Shown: positions 10,364 through 22,300 of the stretch, piece after piece
Layout: the number at the start of each line of letters is the position of its first letter
How positions within the stretch are numbered: position 1 is the first letter of the stretch
Source of the DNA: Catajapyx aquilonaris
Lineage: Eukaryota
Length of the DNA stretch: 64,000 bases
Direction: 5' to 3'
Assembly: GCA_000934665.2 (NCBI GenBank)
Contig: KZ538308.1
Location: 1 to 64,000 of the forward strand
Notes under the pieces: model-generated
What the model was told of the DNA's origin: nothing
The model's input: only the letters and a program-made list of their open reading frames with translations
The model's database searches: none
Made by a program: the position numbers and the translations under genes

Positions 10364-13300
10364 GCCCGAGTGTCCAGTGTGAGACATGATAATTCTGGCA
10401 TCCCACTGTCAATCTCAACCGGCTAGGTCGAAAAACAACGCTTATTTTTAGATTCCCTATCTCTTTTCTTTCCACCCTGAAGAATTGTAAACACTTTTAA
10501 ATAGCCACTTCGCAGAGCGATAGAGAGAATCCAAATCCATGAGCCACCAGGAAGAAGTGGAGAAGAATTTAAACATTCGCAACACAATTAGCGCATTTTT
10601 TTTCTTTCTTCCAAGCCAGATCATATAAACGCGAGGAAGCGATTCCTGTATCAGCCCACTCGAGGAATTCAATGTGCAAGCACGGCTTAAATTAAACCCT
10701 TCACACGTGTTCATTCCTTGATGAGAAAAAGGTAAGTGCAATTTCGACACATAATATCCTGCTGCAGCTTCCCACACTCCGGAAGCGACTTAAGAAATTC
10801 CAAGAAACTCAAATAAGTCGATACGTAACTCCTTCATCCCTTATCTCTCTTCCAGGTGGGTGGTTTTTGGCAAGTATAAAGGGCACAGTCCAAAATGTTG
10901 TACACCTTAACACACGATCACAGGAAGATGCTACATACCTGTCTTGCGAAGAGGGAAGTCATCGTCATACTTCGCCAGCAGAGGATGCCTGCAGAAATCG
11001 ACACAAATCAATATGCTTATATATATATGTCAGAATACATCAGCAATATATCTTAGGATAAAAAATCACTTCAGAATGTGCACAGTGCACTTCCCAATTC
11101 TTCTGTGCATGTTACAGAATGTACTCCCAAGTAGTTGCTGCTTAAAACATGCAGGCTGCTAGGATAAACAATTCACCTGCACTACCCTTCACATGATATC
11201 AAACACAAAAAATCCGTCGAAAATGCTCCGGTGGCCATTGTTTACATGCCCAGCAAGCTCGTATACCCAGTCCCATGTATTATCTGAATAAGAATAAAAA
11301 TAACAATGGTGGTAGCTGGATGGTGGTGGTGGGGGTGATCTTGGCAGAAGCTACCACCCACAACCCGTTCCACCCACAGAAGAATTCTTTTGTTGCGTGT
11401 GCGAAATGGAAGTGTTAAGCAGGCGGCAGGCTCTGGAAATAAGAATTGGCTCAGCGATCGGACAGAAATAATTTGCCTATTTGTTTCCCTCTTAGCGAGA
11501 GCAATGGCGGGTAAATTTAGCCCGCCTTCGATCAGTCGACTCTCGGATGCGGGAGCTGACGCACACCTTTGGACCAACTTTGCAAAAAAAATAAAAATAA
11601 TAATGGCATGTCCGTCGTCCTACAATAACCGGTGATCGGGGCTCATTTCGTGCATGCCGCCTCCTAGAAATGTTGTTATACAAGTGGTGAGGCAATGATG
11701 CCAACTCTCGAGGAGCCATTTATGTAACCCCAGGATCTGTCACACCTTGGCCGCCTCTTAGGAAGGCTCCTCAACTCGGAGTGATTCATGGCCCATCCAT
11801 TTGGGCACAGTTTAGTCACGTCTGCACACAAACACACTCTTCATTATATTCAGTCGTTTCACGCTTCAAGTGGCACCCAATGTCTCAATCTGGATATATT
11901 TTCCTCTACATACAGTATTGTCTGAGCGTATGCAAATTATCATTGTTTCACACACACGTATAGGATAATTCGACGAACACCGGATGAGGCCCGAATTACA
12001 GGAACTTTATCCTTGACTCTTCGCTACCATAATTATCCACCTTTTGTTTCACCGGAAGGCAAAATTAGGTAGGGGAGTAAGTTACAGTCGCAGATATTAA
12101 ACAGCGGCGGAAACTCGCTGCAAAACGCCTTAGGGAATTAAAAGTGACTGTCTAGTACACAACGTACGTACGCCCCAAAAACTAAGTAATTAAGCTGCAA
12201 CTAATTATTCTCCATTTCCTTGCTGCTAGGCTCGTGCAGATTCATGCGGCAGACAGCTGTTTTCACATATTCCATAACTCTATCGTGCAGCAAGTATTCA
12301 TATGAATCTGTGACGTAACAACACGGCATCCTAATAACAAAAAGTAAGAAATCCTGACCTTGCATAAAGCATCCCCAGTTGCTCCCTCAATACAGCAAGG
12401 ACATGCAGGTATGTCGGTAATCCCGTTTCATAACGCAACCTTGAATCCCCATAATACAAAAAAAAACAAAAAAACATGTGACACCTTCGACACACCACGT
12501 TACGTTAACCCATTTCGTCAGATTGCTCCTCGTACCTGACACGCTTATTTGTGAAGAGATAAATTGGATGGGGGTCTGTGAGTCAGTGAATGGCAGGTGA
12601 ACTGATGCGCACTCTATTTTTTTCTACTTCTTTTTTTAAGTTCATCCCCCATCTTGCGCAGACAGTGTAGGTGGAGGACAAGCAGTAAAAATAATATCGG
12701 CAAGAAAACGCGAGTAGGTGGATACGTGTGACGCACGTTTTGCTCGCACTTTATAGGGGACGGACCGTGACGTCAAAACGGACTTGTTTATCAGCCCGCA
12801 ATTGCCAGAAAGGCATCACCACGTGATGATGGGGTGTCTGACGGTATGTGAAACTAATAGGCAGGTATACAAACCAGTATACAAAAAAAACGGGCCAAAG
12901 ATTCGTTTTTCTGCCCACGATTCTGAACTTTTTGGCCGCGCGGCCGGACACAAAACGACTGAACTTCCTTGATCTTGGCAACCGAGAACGTGTCGTTTTG
13001 TTTTTGGCGCCGTCTCGTTCCCATTTCTCCTGACAAGGTGATGAGTTAGGTCGTATTTACGCGGCGGGCGCCCTTAACGGATTATTCGGGGCCGCACACA
13101 CAGGAGGCCCCTTGATAATAGACGCGGCAAAATTCGGCTCGAAATACACACAATTCTCAAGACCCGGCTATAAATAAGCGCTTATTTCAGCCTCTTGCAC
13201 CTTTTAGCGGCAAAACACGAGACGGCTCCAAGCCATGTGCCTGTTAAAATAGTCACGAACACAAAGAAGGTAGCAGTCACATTTGCGTTGGCAATGAACC

Positions 13301-16300
13301 CATTTGTAAAAACAGAAAAAAATGCCAACAAGTAGCATCTGAGTCTAAATTTTGTAGCAGTTTTTGTGCGAATAATACCAATAAATGGGTGTAAAAATCG
13401 CATGGCCTCTGTCGGGAGTTTGTAGCATATAAAAAAAACTAATAACACCGGGGCGTGCAGCAACTGGATGAGACATCGCGGCGTCGGTACATCCGCTGAT
13501 AGATTGCGTCCACAGTTCGGCGGCGACTTACATGCCTATCAGCGGATGCAGGGACGTCAAAGGTCACTCTGTTCCCGAAATGACAGCAGCTGATGGCCTC
13601 CCTCGAATTTATGCGGAAAAAAACATGCTCCCACAACCCACGAGCAGAAATCTATCCCATTTGCAAGTGGACCTATAGGTCAGTACCCCGTCTGCCCAAC
13701 ACTGACCAGTTTCTGAATCCGGCGGCGGCCACGTTGGACGTTCCGTTGGCTCCGGCTGCTGCGGATGCGGCGGCGGCTGCAGCTGCCGCCGCCGCCGCCT
13801 CCCTCTGCTTCTTTCCCAGGAGAAATCCCTAGAAAGGAAAAAAAAATGAACAAGTCAGCATACTGTGATGCGAACCCATCACAATTCTGACCAACCTGTA
13901 GCTTCTGCTTGACTTCGGAGGACGCCACGGCGCTCTGTTCGTGGGTCTCCTTGTTCTTGAGGGCCTCCAGCTTCTCCTTCTCCTGCTTCTCCCTCTCCTC
14001 TCTCTCCAGCTTCTTCTTGTTCTCCCAGTACTCCTGAAACATCACCCAACAAAAAATTTGCTTAGTATCCGGCCTCTCCAGACATGCGCCCAGAACCCCC
14101 ACACGACAGAATATGATGGACAGGAGCTATGAATTGGCTGCCTCCGTTCAGGTCCTCCGGATAACAACTAATGGCAGAACGACGCAGGTCTGAAACAAAG
14201 GAGGCTGCAAGATCGGCGACTAACTCAGCGTCGCCTATAGTGATATATTGAGTGGGTCGGGAATACTCAGAACTGGAGCTTTATTTTTTTCTGATCTTTT
14301 CATTTTTTTTCCAGGAAAATGGAAGCTCCAGCCGCAATCCTATTAGATATTGTCAGTGGGACTTATCGCGATTGTTACCTCGAAACCGGCGGATGCTACT
14401 TAGATTTCCACAAATATCTGTAATCAAGGGCTTTTGTTCTGTACACATCAAAGTCTTTGCTCCTGTCAATATATTAATGTATACCAAAATCCCTCCCTCC
14501 AATTGACGTCACACGGGCATAGTCCATCATTTTTTGCGCTCTCCTAACAAACAAGTTGCTTGAAGTTGAGAAAAACTGGCAGAGTTTTGCATATAAAATG
14601 GGCGTTACATAACACCTGATTTATATGAAAACGAAGCACAAGACCTTGATTAATCGCGTTCAATCTGTCGGCGGCAGATTCAGGTGTTCTCATGCCAGCA
14701 AATCACACTATATACTGACGGTACACCTTGTCCTCACGCTTTATTTAAATCAGCAAAAAAAAAAAAAAAGCAGTATTCGTGCATAATTTTCCTCCTTAAA
14801 CAAACCCCAAACTGCGCGTGTTTGAAGGCCAAGTTTGTGTTCGTTTCAGTTCTGTGTGCGCAATAAACGGTCGCAACATATACCGTACAAATTATTAATC
14901 TACATGCGTGCGAATTACTGCCCAGTTGATAAAAGTCGTAAAGACATAAAAGCAATCGCTCACGGCAGGACGTCCGATCCTTATGGCGATTAACCATATA
15001 TTTAACGACACTGGGTCTATCTTAACGTGGTTCCTATCACTTTTTCACTTTCCCTCTCTCTCTGCAGTCATGCATACGCACATTTATAGGGGACCTTTCT
15101 GCACGTGCAATTTTTCTTATGTTTACTCCCGGTTCAGAAGAAGTGCCAATTGCCACGCCTGACTACACTTTTAAAAAGTGGAGTCCAAATAATAAATTGT
15201 GTTAAAAAAAAGTGGTGTGACGCACATGCAGCCTGGCGGAACCGAGCCCAATGCACGAGTATAATATGTGGAGTGGTCTAACTGCAGCCAACATATCTGC
15301 GTCACTGGCATGACACGCCTCATCTACAACTTCTCGCATGTGGAAAAATTCCCCCTACACCTTTAAGCCTATTTTCAGGCTTTTATGGCTACACTGTTGA
15401 AAGCATATGAAAAATAGCCGTGACATAAACTTTTTTTTAATCCGCACGTGGTATCAACGACAATGTCAGTGCGCGCCTCAATAATGCAATCACTCTGACA
15501 CTTGGACTATATTTTTAGATTACACATTTAACGCTCACACGTAAAACAATGTAATTTCCCCAGTCGGACCATCCAAGTATAGTCCAAATGAGAGCACTTT
15601 GTGTCGCGAATGGCCGGAGCATATCGTGACACATTCCAAATATAGCGAGCAAACAACGCCTCAGTGGCGAGTCAACACAGCAAGCAATGGGCACGATTCA
15701 TAAATACTTCATCTGATTGGCAATCGATTCTGGCACACACACATAAGGCCCGACCCCCTCTATATTTCCATAATTTAATGCCTTATTTTTAGGCCACATC
15801 TGAGGTCAACTCCCATACTCTCCTCCCCGTTCATCAAACTTGGGGAAAAAGCAAATAACACCCAATATCAGCAGTTGTGACGTCCACAACCGTGATTGGT
15901 CCTCGAAATCCGATCCGACACCGACTTGTTTTCCTTTTTTTTTTCTATATGGACACCTGATAGTCCCTGGAGCTTGTCCGCGTCCAAACACTGGGATTTG
16001 CGTCACTTTTTTCCCCAATGGAGGGTATACAGGCGGAGGTGGGGGGTATCGAACGATATTTCCTCAGTTCATGCACCAGTGCCAATTACTGCAACTGCTG
16101 TGCAGCCAAGAGGAACCACTACTAACTCCTACACCCTCCCGTTTCCCGTGTGTATTTTTTTTTTTTTGTACGTAGTACGTCCCTAGTGTAACATTTCGGG
16201 GTGTCCCGGCACTTGGGGAAACACGCTGGAAGATACCCCAAAATCCTATTGTCAGACCGGGCAGATGGCCAGTAATGAAATATCATTGACGCAAATGCGT

Positions 16301-19300
16301 ACTTTCGGCTGATTCACCTGGCGAACGTACAGAAAAAAAATTGGGACCAAGACGTCACGACGACCTCCAGATTCAAAGTATCGAAACTCCTTGCATATAT
16401 GACACCAAATATTTTTTTTTATCTCAGGAACAAACAGTGTCTTATTATTATCAATTATAATGTAATATCAATTATTAATATTAATATTATGGCTGACTGT
16501 CCAACAGGCACCGGCGCCATGTGAACCCAACTTTTCAGGCAGTGACATCAGACGCCGGAGAATCCCCAAGTCTTGCAGCCCTGCATCCCATCCGTCATCG
16601 CTCTAATTAATATCTGATGAAGGATGCCCACAGACACTTTCCACACATGAAACATATGCGCAAGCCTACTTCCGCATTAAAAAATTCATGCACTCGCCTG
16701 CACTCTCTCACTTTTTGCATAATTTTTTAAACAAGAACAAGGGTCACGCCTTCATTAAAACATGGCTCTTATGCATTTAAAAAAACACTGGTCCAAATAT
16801 AGCCATATTTGCCCCCTATTTGCCCCCCACTATTTTTTTTTCCCAGAGAGTTATTGAAGGGGGAGGGGGGGTTGTTGCACCACCATCCGCCCCTCCCAAT
16901 GGCTTAAAACGAGTCCGGATGTGTGCATAAGTGGTGTTGGAGTGTGGGCCAGGGGAGTGGGGGAAGGAGCAGTGTGGGGAGTGGGCAAAAAGGACGAGGC
17001 TGCAAGGTGTATTTTTGGGTCCCATTCGACCTTGACTGAAGCGGCGCAGGAGATGAGCTTCGATCAGATTACTTACTGCACCGCAGCTCGCGGGATATGA
17101 GGGCATCGGGTATAGAGTCACACCGCTCGCAAAAGTAGTTTAAACTAGGTACCGACGAGCAGCATATAGGAAAATGCGGAAGCTGGGAAGGACTTTGGAG
17201 GAGCAAGAACGGTGGAAAAAAAAGAGGGAGGGGGGTATTTTATTTCTGAACTTTCGCACAATGCACTCTAGACCATCCGTGACCTATTCATCGCGCTGTT
17301 TTCCCTGCACATGTGCACGTCGTAAATAATGCATAGTTGAAAAGTGCATGTGGGCTGTACCCAACTTACGCGACATGCACTGCAAAAAAATAAATTATAA
17401 TAATAATAATGCAAGACTATATGGACAAGAGAATTGAATTGGTGTGATGTCTTGAGGAAAAGAGCAGGGGGTTAAGTGTGGTAGTCCATAAACGAAACGA
17501 CGAAAGAAACAATAAAAAGTGAACAGTTACGGCTCAACTTTCATACACAGTAATCGGATTCACCTTTTTTTTATCGCGGCGAATCCCATCAAATGCTGAC
17601 TTCTGCGAGTCAGACCTCGTAAACAATCCAGCACAAAACCGAAAAGTGCACTAACAGTCACTGTGTATATCAAAATAACGTGTTTACCTCGCAATTTTTT
17701 TAAATAATATTTTTTCCCCTTTGGGTTACAAAAGAGTCTGTTTCCAGCTATATTTTTGGTGTAATTCTGTACCTCAACCACTCTATATCAATATAAACAA
17801 TGTTAATCCAATCCATAGGTTAACTTCAGAAGCTTATTGTTTCCAGTGCTTATTTGGGCTGTGTATATACACACACACCATTACGCCCATTTTCTCCCGT
17901 AGCGCTCTCTGAAACATTCCAATGAAATCCGGAACCTGCTCATGAGCGAGCAGGACAGTTAATCACGCAACCCGCGCACAATTCCACAAAACAACAATGC
18001 TGAGGTGCGATTATTCTTCATCTGGCCCCAACCAGCTGGAATAAGTCAGTGTCACCCAAACTCGAACAACAAACCAGAAAATAGCTCAGGAAGAAAACAG
18101 CCGGCACTAAAAATCGCCACCGGCTCTGACAACAATTCCGGGCAGCCTCCGGAGACCCTAATTAATAGTGACCCGACAATGGAAATAACCCTGGAAGCGA
18201 GGTGCCATGCTTAATCCAATCAGGGTGCGTTTCCCCAACAGAGAACCTCCGAGTAGCCTTCCCAAAAATGCCAACAGCTGCATCGGCAACTTCCGGAAGG
18301 GCGGCTTCTGCCAAAGGGGAAGACGCGACCTTGAACTCTGGCTAAACTGGATCTCAAAAAAATGCCCTGGGGCCGCCCCCTGCTACACACAAAAAAAAAA
18401 CTGGCCCGTGGGATTCACTGGGCACGTGACCTGAATAAGTTCGCAGGTTACATTTGATGGGTTTGCCAATACACGTTCTTCTTCAGGGGGTAAAAGGGGG
18501 TGGAAGGGTGGTATAAAAATAATCCCATCAACATCACTGCACCACTTAAAAGGGAGAGGGGGAGAGAAAAAAGTGACAAATGGGTGCTGCCAACGTCTCC
18601 TTTCGGTGGTTGCAACAACACTTGCGCCATCGACACCATATGTCTTTTCGGTTCAGTCGATTATTATACAGGGTTAGCCATAAAGTCTGGAAACATAATA
18701 ACACTTTCTTGTTTCTTCTCTCGCATATAATCGGCGGTTCTGATGATGTAGGGCTGTGCTGAATATTCTGATAGTCATACTTGAACAGTTTATTAGTTTG
18801 GTCTGTTGTGTTGTCGGTGGAACATTTCCAACATTTTTTCCCGCTATAGGACGTCCGTCCCCTTGTACTAAAAAATCCATGCTTTCTCCTATGCATCCCT
18901 GTTTAGTCATGCTTATAATTAACCGACAGTTTAGTGGCAATATTCGTTCGCCCTGCAGCGTTTCCAGTTGCTCAAGTGATCTGCACTAATGCGCACCTAA
19001 TCTGATGTTGTTTCCCAGTCTCCTGAGCAACGACCTTGAATAATGAAATCACTCCATCACTTCTTCATCCTGGAAGCTAGATAACCGATGCGCCTCTCTT
19101 GTATCACTTGTTGCCTTCTTGCAGGACAAAAAGTCCATCTCGAAACCCTGGTTGATTTGGAGAATCCCAATATTTTGCATATTACACGAAAGTTCTGGGA
19201 TAAGGCTACACACCACATAGCATACCTCTTTTAGTTTCTGGCCTAGCCGCTGAAATTTAATTTGTACTAATTTATGGCTCTAAAAAATTCACATATATGC

Positions 19301-22300
19301 ACCAGACAACTGGCAGAAAATTTAGTGTAACCTGGTACACAATAATGACGAAACTAACTGGATTCTAAAAGTTAAATGCAGTTATGTCTCCCCCTGGGGG
19401 CCCTAGACCCTGGACAGGTTGTGAAAAATAACGTCCGTGATCCAACTTTGTAGCCTGTCAAGACGCGACTGTAGTAAACAAACCCACAGTTACGGACTCA
19501 CCGGAGTATAATAATCGGGGCGGGAAAAGTCTTGGCGCGTGCAACGAGCAAGTTTACAAGGATGGGTGGTTGAGGGGGGGGGGGNGGAGGGGGAGGAGGT
19601 TGAAAAAGTGTGAAAGTTTGTGCCGTCCGCCCACCGAGACCGAAAACTATTCCTGCCTGGAAAAAGCGCCTGCTAATGGCCAAAATAACCATGGCCTCAA
19701 CTCCAATTTTAAATGACGGCGGTTGCTTGGTTGGGATAGTTCTTCCCCGATCTCCAATGAATGCGAAACAGCCTTGGCTCAAAATATTCCAAGCCACTCG
19801 CTCTCGCCTTCGAAAATAAGTCACGTTTTCTAAACACACACGCTCACACACACTCACATGTATGTGGGGGTCCTGTACTGTACGAATAGGCGCTGAGCTG
19901 TCCCTCCCCAGGACGTCAGGATGTCACCGGTCACGCCACGTGCAAAATGTCGCAACCTCTAATGACCACATACCGTTGAATGAATGAGTAATTATTTCTG
20001 TACCGTCCTGTTGATCTGTCAGGGAAATGTTATGCAAACGGAATGTCCCCACACCCCTTCACCCCTAATTAGTCACTTCTGCTTTTCTTACAGTATGAGC
20101 AAGTCATGCGCAGGGGTCCTTCACCCTATTTTTTCTCTCTTTCTCTCGCCTTACCCCTAAAACCACATCCAATTTTATCAAACCAGGCCGCAAAAACGCA
20201 AATGAGAATAAATTCAGATATAGCCATCCTGGCAGGGTCTGTAATAATAACAGTGGCAAAACCAGTGTGTTTCCTTATATATTGTCCTTATATTGTGGCA
20301 ACTGAATCACATCTGCTACGGCGGCAATCCTCAATGAAGATCATATGACGTTAGGTAAAATATTGGTGGCATGATGTAGCGATTAAATCATTATGATATT
20401 CATGATGGCGTTGATGTAAAATAGGATCAAGTGACGTCAACATCCGAGCTGCATTAACGAACGGATATGTAACCGAACGCCGATGGGAAAACTCCCAAAG
20501 AAATAAAATCAAATAGAGAATGTGTGGCGTAAGTCCCCAGATATCGTTACGGTCAAAAAATAAGCATTTCGTCATGATTACTACAATACTATCGAAATCT
20601 ATATTTTTCCTCATTCCCGGTGTGGCAATTTCCTGGGTGCTATATTTATGTTGATGGTATACGAGTATTTTTTGAGTCGGCAGATCGTATCAGTAAATTA
20701 CGCAATATGTTGAAGCGCACTACTTTCACGTTTCATACAATCACACACCTACAATGATACCAGGCACACGAGCGTGGATAATAAATGTTCATGTCTCGTG
20801 TCACAAATAAAGTGAATCACTTTCACCTTCGCCTAAAATAAACAAATTGTGCCCCTGGCAATTACATTACCGAGTATTTTGAGATGCAGACGCGTTTGTT
20901 CACTGAGCATTTTTAGGAAATCATCGTGTTTACATTTCTGACCATTTTTCAGAAAATACTAGAAATATCCCATGCGGAACAAACTATAAGAGTATAAATA
21001 ACTTAATTAAATGCTAAGAGGCACGCATTGCACACCATGGTTGTCCAAACCAGGCAAAATCTAGTTCCTGCAACATCTGCTGCTCAGTTAAATTCACATA
21101 AACGGAGTGCCACTTTTTATGATTCCCCACTACGGTAAAGGACACTGGAACAAATTTTCTGCTGCAGCTGTTTACCTCTAGGCTCCGGGATTGTAGAGCA
21201 TACATGAAATTTGTCCTGAGAGATATCAATTTGTGTGTAATTTGTTCCTTTTCTCCAGACCTCACCAAACAGCATTGAACAATGAAGCAACTAGTTTCGA
21301 AGAAAAGCTGCTTTCATAAGCACTGCGATAAGTGTGATAGAAATGATATAATATTACTGTAATTCTTGACAATAACATTTCACATTCTATAGTATAGTAT
21401 AACATGCGTAAGGCGAGAGAGATTATTGAACTCTACGAAGCCTATATAAGTATTCAGAGGCTATTTTCATTCATTTATTTGCTGATGCTAGATTGCAAGC
21501 CCTGCACCGATCAAAACAAAATGCCAAAAGGAGTACTTAAATATACAGCATCTAAACATAGTGTACAGTTATCACATCTGGCAGGTATTATAGCTCTGTC
21601 GAAATGCAGCTGGGTAGTATTTGATATATGGATCCCACACTACAGGCTTCGAAACAAAAAAAAGGGAAATCCTGTCCTATACCTCTCCCATCCATCACAG
21701 CCCTAAATGTTGCAATACAGGCAAGCAAAATAAAACAAAAAAGGTGCATATTCGCTGCCTAACACACTTGAAACCCTCCATGTGTTCAGGAAAGTTGTAA
21801 ATAACTACCTGCTACCGATTGGGAAATGCAGCATAATATACAATCAGCCAGCCACATTGTAGTGAATTGGCGATAGTCTCTGGTGCAATCCCACTCATAT
21901 ACATTATATGCCAGAAAACGTTTCTGGTAGTGGTATAGCCACAAATTGTTCTTACATGCAGGCATTAGGTGGGTGCGCCACATTAATAATATCCGATAAG
22001 AAATCATTATAGCTGCAAAGTCCTCCAGAAAGTCACATAATTAATTGTGCACGCTGTGGTTTTCCAATAATAGAGCATTTAGTCTGGCTTCTGTTTCAAG
22101 CCTCGCCTCGAGGCGGTTGTACAGAACCGTACTGTACATTTAATTCGTGTCAAACGAACGAGCTCGGCTACAGCTATGGTAAATTCAACGCGTGATTCTC
22201 CACCGGGGCAAGGTCACTGAATAATTCCACCTCTCTCATGATGCAGGCCAAGACGTATATGTAGTGTATACGGTGTGCAAACTTTGTGAATGACGTCCTT

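Noticed and set aside
10122..10475. Poly-Asn ORF
   Set aside because: Produced by the (TAT)n microsatellite.
14060..14190. Good acceptor (tttgtttcag) just upstream of the MEF2 exon
   Set aside because: In the phase-0 frame it hits TGA after 13 codons and no clear donor follows.
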